Shown: in pieces, positions 51,272 through 60,786 of the stretch
How the letters are laid out: each line of letters opens with the position of its first letter
Position numbering within the stretch: the stretch's first letter is position 1
Assembly: GCA_010015805.1 (NCBI GenBank)
Contig: ML978139.1
Location: 248,001 to 312,000 of the forward strand
Reading direction: 5' to 3'
DNA from: Rhizodiscina lignyota
Taxonomy: Eukaryota
Length of the DNA: 64,000 nt
Program-made: the position numbers and the translations under genes
Notes under the pieces: generated by a model
The model's input: only the letters and a program-made list of their open reading frames with translations
Told to the model about the DNA's origin: nothing
Database searches by the model: none

Positions 51272-53263
51272 TCAAATCAGTGTGAATGTCTCTTCATTCA
51301 CCTTTCCTTCCCTCATCAACGTTATTGCTTCTCCATGCATCATGTGGAGGTAGCACTCCCCAATCATCAGATACTTTGAGTCTCCCAAAGGTCTCAGAAT
51401 GAACGGGACTTTTGCGCCAAAGATAACGCAGCAAACGTCTCCCTCTTCCAGTATCCAGGGTCCAAGCCCGAAGTAGCCGGAGTCAGTTATAAAGAACCGT
51501 CTGTTGAGGCATTTCAGGGCAGCATTGCCTAGAAATACCTCCGGCCTCACAGAAGTGCTTTCGGGATTTGATGAATTGATATCATTGCGATAAGATCCAG
51601 CAATATAAGCATCAAAAGAATCACATATTGCATCAAACTCTGTGTCGCCAGGTTCCAGGACGAGAGACGAGACTGTGTGGCGAAAGATCCAGTCACCGAT
51701 CAGCGTAAATACTAAGGCTCTCTTTACGTCTGCAACTTCATTCGAGTATGGGATCGGTTTGCTTTGGACTTGTTTCAATACGTCGTGATAAAGATCGGAA
51801 ACTGAGTACCCTTCTTTTCCCTTCGTTGTTTCAATGCGGTCCATATCTCCATAAGTGAAGAAGTTTGTTAAATCATCGAGTTGAGGCCTCCCCGTTTGCA
51901 CATGATCGAGTAGCACACCTCTAACAATAAGCTGTGTGCCATTCACCACGGTCAATTCGGGATGACGACCGTCAGATGCTTCAAAGCCAGCATGGAGGAT
52001 CTGCACTTTGTAAGACGGAGCCACGTCCCAGCGCGGACACCAGGAGGGGAACCTATCCTCTTCTAGATATTCTGGCCTGGTGGAATGTTCGAGTAAGGAT
52101 AATATGTCCAAGTCGAATTTTTGGTTGATCCAGGCTGCTACAAGGTCGATATACACAGTTGGAGCGGTTCGAGCATAATCAGGATCTATGCTGAAGTCCA
52201 ACAGTGGGTGATTTAAGAAGGCATATACTCTATCTCTTGCGTCGGATGACTTCAGCTCTCTAGATATTTGCAGGCACTGTATGAACTTTCTGGATCCCCA
52301 CAATCTGCCGTCGGAATCTCGCAGGCCACGGCCATCCAAATCGTATGAAACCCAAAGGTCGAATGTCCGGTCAAAGGAGAGCTGGTATTTATATGTTGTC
52401 AAAGCGCGCCCGCGATGGAATAGCCATTTGAAAACAGTCATCAGACTCCCCCAGTCTACTTCGGTGTTGCCGTAGAAGATTGTGGCTTGCCTGGCCAGAC
52501 CAACCTCTTGCCAGACCCAAGCCCGCCTGAACCATTCTTGTAGCGTGAGCTGAGAAAGAGCTTTCCAATTTAGATGATCGAGCGCTGCCATATCAGCGTC
52601 TGAGATGTGTGGAAGAGCGAACCATTCGCCATATCTTTCGAGCAATTCATTCACGTGTTGATGTAGACTATCTATAGCCTCCGCCGCTCCGCGAACTGTA
52701 TCTTCAGAATCATCCCCGAAAGAGATAAGTACTCTCTGTGCGATTTTGTAAATTTTACCCATGTTAGCGACTTGATGCCCTCGCTCTTTGACGTTCGATT
52801 GATCAATACGAATCGCATCACACCAGAGTATCTTATTCTCCGAGGAATCTCGTACTCGGCGCAGAGCCCATTCTAAATTCTTGGTGATTTGTAGCGGATG
52901 TCCGTTGATGTGAATCTTTTCACAAACATTCGGGTCTCCCCAGACGTAGGAGATGGCTTCATATCTCGGGTGTCGGCCGAGCCTTTCCAAGAAAAGTTCG
53001 CACTGAATCGGATCTTCCTCTGACCCATGGAGGAGTCGCAGAAGACGAAATGAGCCTTCATGGGGCAGAGAGTCGTATATCTCAGATTCCCTTGAACTTT
53101 CGTTGATGGGCTCCCCTCTCAGCATTGCTGCCTTCGCGACAGGCGACGCGCCAGCCGTTTCCATGAAAGATGCAAAATTAGATATCGGACCGTAACGACT
53201 GAGTGTCGTGATGCTTGAAGGCTTCATGTAAATATGAGATTCCTTGCTCAGACTTGCGGACAA
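51272..53263 (-). CDS. HET-domain heterokaryon incompatibility protein (HET-6-like); true ATG probably slightly internal
   Basis: FRLLRL, YEAISYVWG, LWCDAIRIDQ, ERGHQV..MGKIY..A, WFRRAWVWQE, SSDARDRVYA, PSWCPRW, RRFFITDSGYFGLGP, VPFILRP, IGECY. Confidence 0.92.
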   Translation of the reverse strand: MSASLSKESHIYMKPSSITTLSRYGPISNFASFMETAGASPVAKAAMLRGEPINESSRESEIYDSLPHEGSFRLLRLLHGSEEDPIQCELFLERLGRHPRYEAISYVWGDPNVCEKIHINGHPLQITKNLEWALRRVRDSSENKILWCDAIRIDQSNVKERGHQVANMGKIYKIAQRVLISFGDDSEDTVRGAAEAIDSLHQHVNELLERYGEWFALPHISDADMAALDHLNWKALSQLTLQEWFRRAWVWQEVGLARQATIFYGNTEVDWGSLMTVFKWLFHRGRALTTYKYQLSFDRTFDLWVSYDLDGRGLRDSDGRLWGSRKFIQCLQISRELKSSDARDRVYAFLNHPLLDFSIDPDYARTAPTVYIDLVAAWINQKFDLDILSLLEHSTRPEYLEEDRFPSWCPRWDVAPSYKVQILHAGFEASDGRHPELTVVNGTQLIVRGVLLDHVQTGRPQLDDLTNFFTYGDMDRIETTKGKEGYSVSDLYHDVLKQVQSKPIPYSNEVADVKRALVFTLIGDWIFRHTVSSLVLEPGDTEFDAICDSFDAYIAGSYRNDINSSNPESTSVRPEVFLGNAALKCLNRRFFITDSGYFGLGPWILEEGDVCCVIFGAKVPFILRPLGDSKYLMIGECYLHMMHGEAITLMREGKVNEETFTLI

Positions 53264-53789
53264 GGCTGTGAGTTTCCAATGAGTATCGTCGCGTTCGGTG
53301 GTGCTTCGTGAGAGTCGAAGGCTTCAAGCGAGATGAGTTAGATAAATGTCTCATATAGCTTGGCCATCAAAGTGGTTAAAGTCGACGTTGAATTCACGTG
53401 TCCTGTTGGTGTTAACATATATTCCGTGGGGAGTGCATAGCAAGGAAACTATGGAGTACAAAGGGCAAATATATAGCAGCTAAGCCTGAAATAGGAATAG
53501 CTCGTGTGCGTGGGGCGCCAAAGCGACAACGCTAATGAAATTGAAGTGCGTTATTAGCCAGTACATTGTAATTGGCAGGGATACCAGACAAACTACTGAA
53601 GCGGCTTCCAAAAGTCACTGACAATCTGTCTTCGCGGGGATAACTTTCGTAGTGCATCCTACGGGTTCGAACAGGCATCAACTGTAATTGTTACGGATCC
53701 TTCAGTCACATAAATGCATGAAATTATGGCAATCGTCGAAGAAAGACTTTGAATTGACTATCTACAAGTCACAGGTACTAGACTTGTCA

Positions 53790-54882
53790 GTCCTTCCCCA
53801 AAATTTAATGAGCGACTCCCACCACCAACTCGCATCGAACTCCATCGAGCCAGCCCCAGAAACGAGCTGTCTGCCGAAGCAAGACAGCATCCACAGATAG
53901 GGACCCCGGCCCACGATCCTAACGGAAGGGGATTCCTTGCAGCAGCCAAGCACAAACAACACATCCCATTCAACGCTCGTTATCAGTCAGCGGAACCGCC
54001 GCCGCTATTTTCCCCTGTAGCCCACATTGTGAGATACTGTCCGCGAACATCTTTCCCCCCACCACAGCCGGGTCCGAAGATACATGCGCAAGCAGGGTAG
54101 AAAGAAAGACGTGCGGCACAAAGGAAACAGCAAACGACGGTTGCGAATGAGCGATCATACCCAGTATGTCCGGCGGCACACTCCTGACGCCCAGCGGCTC
54201 TGGCCACAACATGACAGGCGGTCCGCGCGACTACAGGAGAAGACTCGACTGCAGCGGGACGGGCGGCGTGCGGATGAGCGAGAGCGGGTGAGTACCACGA
54301 GCGGCAGTGCGGGAAGAAAAGGGCAGGCGAGTACCGAGTCATACCAAGCGGATACCACAGAAACCCTCGTGTCAAACAATCAGATCCCCAGATTGAAGAA
54401 GAGGAAAGACATGAGGGGGGTATCAGGCAAACGCGCATATCAGATGCAGAAACAGCGACACATTTAATGACCACCTAATCAAGAAAATGAAAAGAAAGCA
54501 AAGCCAGAGGAAATGGGGATAGTATCTCGTTATCATATCGAGTTAAGCAACGAAAATTGAGAACTCCAAGTCGCTATGCAATGCAAAATCAGTTCAACAC
54601 CAGTTTCGTCGGAGAGGGTACGCAAGCGTGCCCTACAATCCGACGTCTCGTTATTTCATCCGGAGGCAAAGCCATCAACGGATGATGAGTGACCTCAGGG
54701 ACCAAGATTCGAACCTGAGCAATTACGACTCATCAAACAATCGCCTTTTCGCTCTTTAGATCCGATTTCCCGCAGGGTTGACTCAGACCTCACGCAGATG
54801 GGAGAGAAGGTCAGGTCTGTGGGAGGAGATCCTAAACATGTCTCACTCTCTCTGAAATTGGCTTTGTTAGAAGAGAGTGAAA
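53790..54882 (-). ncRNA. Candidate long structured RNA (identity unknown; telomerase-RNA-like layout or structured PRM1 3' UTR)
   Basis: Multiple nested helices that pair only on the minus strand via G-U pairs, cUUCGg hairpin at 53866-53888, Sm-like AAUUUUGG at the 3' end, no credible ORF. Confidence 0.45.
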
Positions 54883-54887
54883 GTATT

Positions 54888-57197
54888 TCATATCATGTTC
54901 GAACGATAATCGGCGAATGGATCACCGCCGCTTTTTTCGCTCACAATAGCACCGTGCATGCTTTTATGAGCCACATTGGCAGGCGGCGTGACAGTGCGGC
55001 TGTAGTTCCGCACGTCAATCGTACCCTTCTCGAGCGAGGCCTCCTCGCCAGAAGACGGGGGTACAGCGCGGGGGAAGGGGTGCGGATTCAAGGTATACGG
55101 CGCGTGAGGGTTGACATCGGAGGAAGCGTACTCATATGGTGGCGCGTCTGTCGCCTTTGGTTCATAGCTGCCGCCAAAGCCATTGTCGTGGGACTGGGGT
55201 AAGAATTCATTGCCACCTTCGCCGCGCATCTTATCGTGCTTGAGGAACAGATAAAGAGCGCGAACGAAGCCCATGAGTGCCACGAGGAGCCAGAAACAAA
55301 GGATGATGGTAGCAATGATGGCTTCTTGGCGGACAGCCGCCATGAGCAGGTGAACCAAATCGTCGACGGCTTCAGTAATCTCATCCGTGGTCGTGTCCTT
55401 TGGATCCGCGAGGAAGTTGTTGTCGGCTGTGCTGTTGGTGTGATCTACCAGGTTTTGGAGCGTGAAGGTGTTGTTTGGAAGCAGTGGGAAGTCGATGTGA
55501 GCATTGTCGTGCACCCACGTCAATCCCTGCTCAAAACTGGCAATCTTCAAGCCGATGAGACAATTGAAAACATCCTTAATCGGATCTGCGAGGATTGTCT
55601 TGCCAAAAGCATCGTCGAGCAGGGTGATCGTCTGGTTAACAAACTCATTGAGAGTATTGTTGACAGCAGTCGTGCTTGTGTTGACCCAGCCGAGCAAGTC
55701 CGTGTTAATCAGGTTGTTCTCCGTCAAGATCAGGTTGTTGGTACCATTTGCCCATTGCTGAGACGCGTTGTTGACGGTGTTAACAACCTTCTGGGAGAAA
55801 TCGCCAACCTGAGCAGCAAGATTGGGTGTCTCGTGCTTGATTGACGCAAGGAGAATGTATTGGCAAAGACATGCAAACAAACCGGCAAGTGCAAGAGCGA
55901 GCACAAAGAGAGCAGGGACTGATGTGCAGTATGCAACAGTCCAGCGGATCAGGAGCTGGTGGCGTTTTGTTGTTGCCTTGCTCGCCGCCCAGCTGCCAAC
56001 CTGCGATGTGTAAGGCCGAGAAGCCATGTAAACAGCGTCCATAGGATCGACGGCTTCTCTGCCAATGACTGCTGCTCGCTCTTGAAGACGTCGCCACCGC
56101 TGAATCTCCCACCAAGCCATAGGAATGCACACGAGAAATGCGGCGGTGAGAAGAACACCTAGAAAAACATTCCTGGCAATGTGGGAGATGTGGACAAGAT
56201 CGTCAAAGAAGTCGTTGATGCCATTATTGTCGGAGCAGAAAGTGAGGCTCTCCTTCTGCGGTACCGGGAGGAGAGTGCCATCAAACTGGTAGGTTCCCAT
56301 TGAGTCGTTGATGAGCTTCTTGAGCTCCTCGAATGGGAGACGGATTACGTCGTCGACTGCACTCTTGACTTGATCGAAAGTGGGAATCGACGCGTTCAGT
56401 TGCTGGATCTTTTGGTTGATGTCTGATGGCATTTGAATCGCTTTCAAGGCATTGACTTCTTTGGAGAGATTGATCTGAGGCGGCTTGCCAGAAACTGTTG
56501 GAATACCGGGAAGGACATCTAGGAATTTGTTGAGCGTATTTTGGAAGTCTGTGATGCCCGAGCCGATACCGTTTTCGACGCTTGACAGTGACTTGTTCAT
56601 AGCATCCGAAAATTCTTGAACAAGGTCCAGAGCCAAGTGCGCGCCACCACCTGCTGCGAGAGTGATCAGGCAGAGATATGTGTTTGTCATCATACCGATA
56701 ACAAAGACGACGATTTCTTCAACGCCCGTCACACTCATAGTGACCATTTGCATGAGTCCATTGACAGCATGTGTAACGCCCTCTGCAGTGAGCTTGTTGA
56801 CACCTTGCGACATGTAATGAGGCATGGATGCCATGGTGCTTCCGGCATCTTCGACACTGGTGCATGCCGAGAGTGCTTCTTTTCGAGCAGAAGCGATTCC
56901 GTTGTTCAAGCTGCCGACAGCTAGGAGAGTCCGCACGAGTACAAGAAGAAGGAGAATGGTCCATCGATTGATCCAAACTTGCGAGAGTCTAGCTCGAAGG
57001 CCGAGGTATGGTGTGAGGTATGGTGCTTGATTAGGTGGAGGTCGTGACGCATTCTGAAAGGCGTAGTAGTCTCGCATCTCATGGTCGCCAGCGGAAAGAG
57101 ATGGAGGTGCAGCTGGAAAGGGTTGCTGCCGGGTATCTGTGAACGACATGTCTGAGGAGCGGTGTCGAAACCGCTGAAGCCTATCCAGATAGCCCAT
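54888..57197 (-). CDS. PRM1: Plasma membrane fusion protein Prm1
   Basis: TPYLGLRARLSQVWINRWTILLLLVL, ACTSVE..GS.MASMPHY, TYLCL, FNCLIGLK, GLTWVHDNAHIDFP. Confidence 0.93.
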   Translation of the reverse strand: MGYLDRLQRFRHRSSDMSFTDTRQQPFPAAPPSLSAGDHEMRDYYAFQNASRPPPNQAPYLTPYLGLRARLSQVWINRWTILLLLVLVRTLLAVGSLNNGIASARKEALSACTSVEDAGSTMASMPHYMSQGVNKLTAEGVTHAVNGLMQMVTMSVTGVEEIVVFVIGMMTNTYLCLITLAAGGGAHLALDLVQEFSDAMNKSLSSVENGIGSGITDFQNTLNKFLDVLPGIPTVSGKPPQINLSKEVNALKAIQMPSDINQKIQQLNASIPTFDQVKSAVDDVIRLPFEELKKLINDSMGTYQFDGTLLPVPQKESLTFCSDNNGINDFFDDLVHISHIARNVFLGVLLTAAFLVCIPMAWWEIQRWRRLQERAAVIGREAVDPMDAVYMASRPYTSQVGSWAASKATTKRHQLLIRWTVAYCTSVPALFVLALALAGLFACLCQYILLASIKHETPNLAAQVGDFSQKVVNTVNNASQQWANGTNNLILTENNLINTDLLGWVNTSTTAVNNTLNEFVNQTITLLDDAFGKTILADPIKDVFNCLIGLKIASFEQGLTWVHDNAHIDFPLLPNNTFTLQNLVDHTNSTADNNFLADPKDTTTDEITEAVDDLVHLLMAAVRQEAIIATIILCFWLLVALMGFVRALYLFLKHDKMRGEGGNEFLPQSHDNGFGGSYEPKATDAPPYEYASSDVNPHAPYTLNPHPFPRAVPPSSGEEASLEKGTIDVRNYSRTVTPPANVAHKSMHGAIVSEKSGGDPFADYRSNMI

Positions 57198-58326
57198 TTA
57201 GTGAGTGCCAACCAGCAGCAACGGAGGAATTGAAGGGGTGGAAAGTGGAGGAGTTGCCGTAAGCTTGAGATGTTGGAAACGTCAAGCCTCGAAAGAGAGA
57301 AGTGGCGTTTAATTTGTGGTTGGGGTATTGTGGTGAAGAAAAATGAACAATAGAAATTAGATGGCTATTGACGGCAACGTGATATTAGAGCAACACAAAA
57401 TCACGGTGAATAAGACAGCGATCAACGCTACAAAGGAAACTCGTGATACATAAAAAGCAAAGGGTGAGCACGCTTAGAAAAGGGAAAAGAGGCAGGGCGG
57501 GAAAACAATGCAGTTAGACAAAGGCGGGTGTTGAAGATATTCATTCACGAAAAAGCCAAGAAGCACGTACCTGATCAGCGAACATGACCCATCGGGCGAC
57601 CGGGTGTCCTAGTGATTGACATTGAAACATTCGGTCGCTGGCTCCAAGCGTTTCGCGAGGCCTCCGCTCTCTCAGACCTGACTCTATTCTGAGGCTGGAG
57701 TGGCCGCGGCGCCACGATACGCGCCCACACGGCCGCGGAACGGGCAAACGGCGGCCACTCGTTTGAGAGTTCGATAGCTGGCCTACGGAAGACCCGAACT
57801 CAGTGGAGAACCAGTCGAGCTTCGCAGCGGCCCTGACAGAGGCATCATGAATGCGCTTCTGTGAGCAAACTGGGTTGTTTGGCCTCGACTGGCTCTCCAG
57901 GGCTTGCAAACTTTGCGACCGGACGAGCGCGTCGCACTGCAGCGGCTGTGAGGCTCAGGAGAGCTCAAACACGGCCGGCAGTGCAGGCGCACGTGGTGTT
58001 TAAAGTCGCAACAGCTTGGCAAGGGAACGGCTTCAGGTGTTCATCGTTGAAGTCGCTCGCATTGAGAAGGGATGGAGGCGTGGCGACCTTTTAAATGACG
58101 ATCTCGTCGCGGAGGCAGGGCAGCTGTGGCGTCAACGCCACCCCGCCGAGCTTATTTCCACTCCACGCCACACGTCGTTGCTCTCTGCAATTCAAGATAC
58201 TGCTACGTCTTCTTCTTCGGAGGAGTGTTTTGGCTCTTTTCGACACATTACAACACGCTATTTTGAGACCGTCTTTGTTGTTTCCTCAAAGTCTGAGATA
58301 GCTCAATTTCGGCTTCAAAGCAGCCT

Positions 58327-58377
58327 TTGATTGGCTACCGCCTAGCGCGTAGAGGCCGCAGCCCTACGGCCAATCAA
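58327..58377. promoter_or_regulatory. Inverted pair of CCAAT boxes in the PRM1/APS3 divergent intergenic region
   Basis: TTGATTGGC at 58327-58335 and its exact reverse complement GCCAATCAA at 58369-58377. Confidence 0.45.
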
Positions 58378-58801
58378 GCGGCCTTGGGCCGGCCAGGCGA
58401 AACACGCAAGATTACGTCAGGGCTCAAGCAAGTTTCACGGGTTTCCAGAAAATGCCATTGTCGCGAATCAGACGGAACGAATGCGATTGTCTTCCATGAC
58501 GACGGAGATCGATCCCCCTTCACGTGTTCGAATGCCAATGAGAGGCTGTTGCGATCGCAACAGGATGAAATTGGCCTTCGTGAGAAATATCTCCAACTTA
58601 CTATGCTTTGTATATGGCTCCAATGTCCTCTCGCTCCTCCGTAGGAAACGACTTGAAGGGCAGATAGAATGCCACGTGCTGTGGCTCAGCATCCCGCGCA
58701 CGTGAAGTCGCGATGTGCGGAATTTCCCCGCTTCAGCCACAACCACCAGTGACGGCACACTGAGTTCTGTTTACAGCTCCTCTTTGGAGTAAAATATCAC
58801 G

Positions 58802-59485
58802 ATGATCAACGCAGTTCTAGTCTTCAATAATTCAGGCCAGCCGCGCCTCACAAAGTTCTACACGCAGCTCGTGAGCTCTAGTGAGCCGCATGGCGCATAT
58901 CCATTCTAACTGTGTCACAGGACACAAGCGTTCAGCAACGCTTAATATCCGAGATATTCACCCTCGTGGCCAACCGACCGAATTCGTCATGTAATTTCCT
59001 CCCGTATGTCCGCCATATGTGTCCTCACCCATGGTCTCTACTGACCATCACGCAGACTTCCGCCTCTCCTCGCGCCTCCATCATCCTCTGCTTCCACGGC
59101 CAACTCCCAGCACAATGATACCCCTTCACTAGTAACCTACCGGCACTATGCAACGCTGTACTTTATCATAATCTCCACCTCCACTGAATCACCGCTCGCG
59201 CTACTTGACCTCATCCAAGTCTTCGTGGAAGCATTGGACAGATTGTTCGAAAATGTCTGCGAACTTGACCTCATCTTCAACTTCGAGACACTGCATGCTA
59301 CACTGGGCGAGATGATTGTAGGCGGAGTTGTGGTGGAAACAGGGTTAGATAAGGTCGTTGAAGGAGTACGGCAGCAGGGTAGAGTTGCGAAGAGGCCGGT
59401 CAATGAGAGCGGTGGCGGTCTGGGACGAGGGTTTGCAGGGTTTGGCGGATTGGGGAGAGGAGAAGTTGTATGGACTGGGAGATGA
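58802..59485 (+). CDS. APS3: AP-3 adaptor complex sigma subunit
   Basis: MINAVLVFNNSGQPRLTKFY, CNFL, YRHYATLYF, LIQVFVEALDRLFENVCELDLIF; introns 58871-58920 and 59004-59055. Confidence 0.92.
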
Positions 59486-60179
59486 ATTGCTGCCTAGTAT
59501 GAAGACGACAATACGTTGCATGCAGTCTACATCATCGGTCTGCGACGTGGATACGGCGCTTTGACGATCTCTGCGTTGGAATCATACACTTCGATGGATT
59601 CGAAGTATTTTCTTAGATAACATGGTCTCCGCAGTATTGCGGGCTTTGTACCGAAGTGTCTGTAGATGCTTCCGCAAATATTTAACTAAAAGCGGATCTA
59701 GCTTGAACTTATGGATTTCATTCCTCTTGCCTTCGCGGCAAGGTGGTTGAGCCTTCGCCCGCTACACGTGCGAGCATTTCCCATCTATCCGGGACGGTGC
59801 TTCGACCTTCAGTATAACCACACAGAAACCTTCTTCTTCCGCTGTTACAAGGGTGTTTAGAATTTAACTCGAATATCAAATATTCGTCTTCCCTCTCAAG
59901 CACACTTCAAAGTGCATGTCATCAACTTCCTCCTACAGCACGCTTTCGTGATGTACACCAAATATGCTGGGCCAATTTTCACCTCGCTACACCGCTTTAA
60001 TACAACGCTTCTTCTCGCGCTGGACTTTGTTAGATACCGAGAGCCGTACTCGCACATTAGTTCATGACTACCTCTTCCGCTCTCTCTGCGGTAGCTGAGC
60101 AAGGTTGGACGCTAGGATTTGGCGGCGTGGAACGTGGTTCACGTTCTGATGGAGCGCCTGAAGCCTCGAATGTGTTATT

Positions 60180-60712
60180 TCAACGTTGTGCCTCGTGTCG
60201 AGATTGTGAGATTGATTGCTCTTCGGCAATGGTAGGGGCGTTGTGAGTGCTGTGCGTCCAGAGCGAGTCGGCCATCCGCTTGTACGCATCTCGAATCTAT
60301 TGGACTGTGAGCGATGAACACCATAACCAGCGCAATCATGACATACGCTCTTGAAAGGAGGATCACGCTTCTCTGCTGGCCCTTTCAAGCCGGCCCCTTC
60401 ACTGAAGTCCATGAACAAGACTCCATAGCCAAGTACAACTACGCCTTGTCAGCCATTGACGGAGGTAATGCTTTCATCCTCCATACAAACTATTGCTCCC
60501 CACTGTGCCAGCTTTACGCCCTTTGTCCATGTCGGTCGCGCCCATTTCAGTTTCGACCTTCGTCGGTATCTTCGCTCGAGCCGGAACTGGTGCTTGTGGG
60601 AGAGTTTGTCGAAGTCGGGTGGCCACGTCTTCTTCGCTTTGTAGGGGTTGTTCTCAAAGTCGAATAGAGATTTGCCGGACTCGGCAGCACGTCTAATTAG
60701 GGTTGGTAGCAT
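60180..60712 (-). CDS. Small basic single-TM protein, probably mitochondrial; unknown function
   Basis: MLPTLIRRAA..., NPYKAKKTWPPDF..LSHKHQFRLERRYRRR; two introns give ...VLFMDF...PFKS/IRDAYKR...EAQR*. Confidence 0.7.
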
Positions 60713-60786
60713 TTTGGAGTACAAAAACAGCACAATTGATAGGATGGAAAGAGTGCGGCGACTGTGAAGTTCGCCGCTTTGGTTCC

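Noticed and set aside
53660..53680. Second GGTTCGAAC, possible tRNA
   Set aside because: Flanks do not form a T-stem
53970..54474. Overlapping ORFs of 74-163 aa on both strands
   Set aside because: Non-ATG starts or compositionally odd translations, no motifs; better explained by structured GC-rich non-coding sequence
54589..54735. Box C/D snoRNA (UGAUGA...CUGA on minus strand)
   Set aside because: The C box is buried in an 8-bp stem, there is no terminal stem, and no recognisable rRNA guide
54670..54775. RNase P RNA (GGGAAAUCGG resembles CR-I)
   Set aside because: The potential P4 partner lies only about 85 nt away and CR-IV/CR-V consensus is not matched
54690..54780. Possible tRNA gene (GGTTCGAATC on minus strand)
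   Set aside because: A T-arm can form but there is no matching 5' acceptor strand, D-arm or anticodon arm; kept only as a B-box-like motif
60697..60704. TTAGGGTT telomere/template-like word
   Set aside because: Single copy inside the first codons of a protein-coding gene
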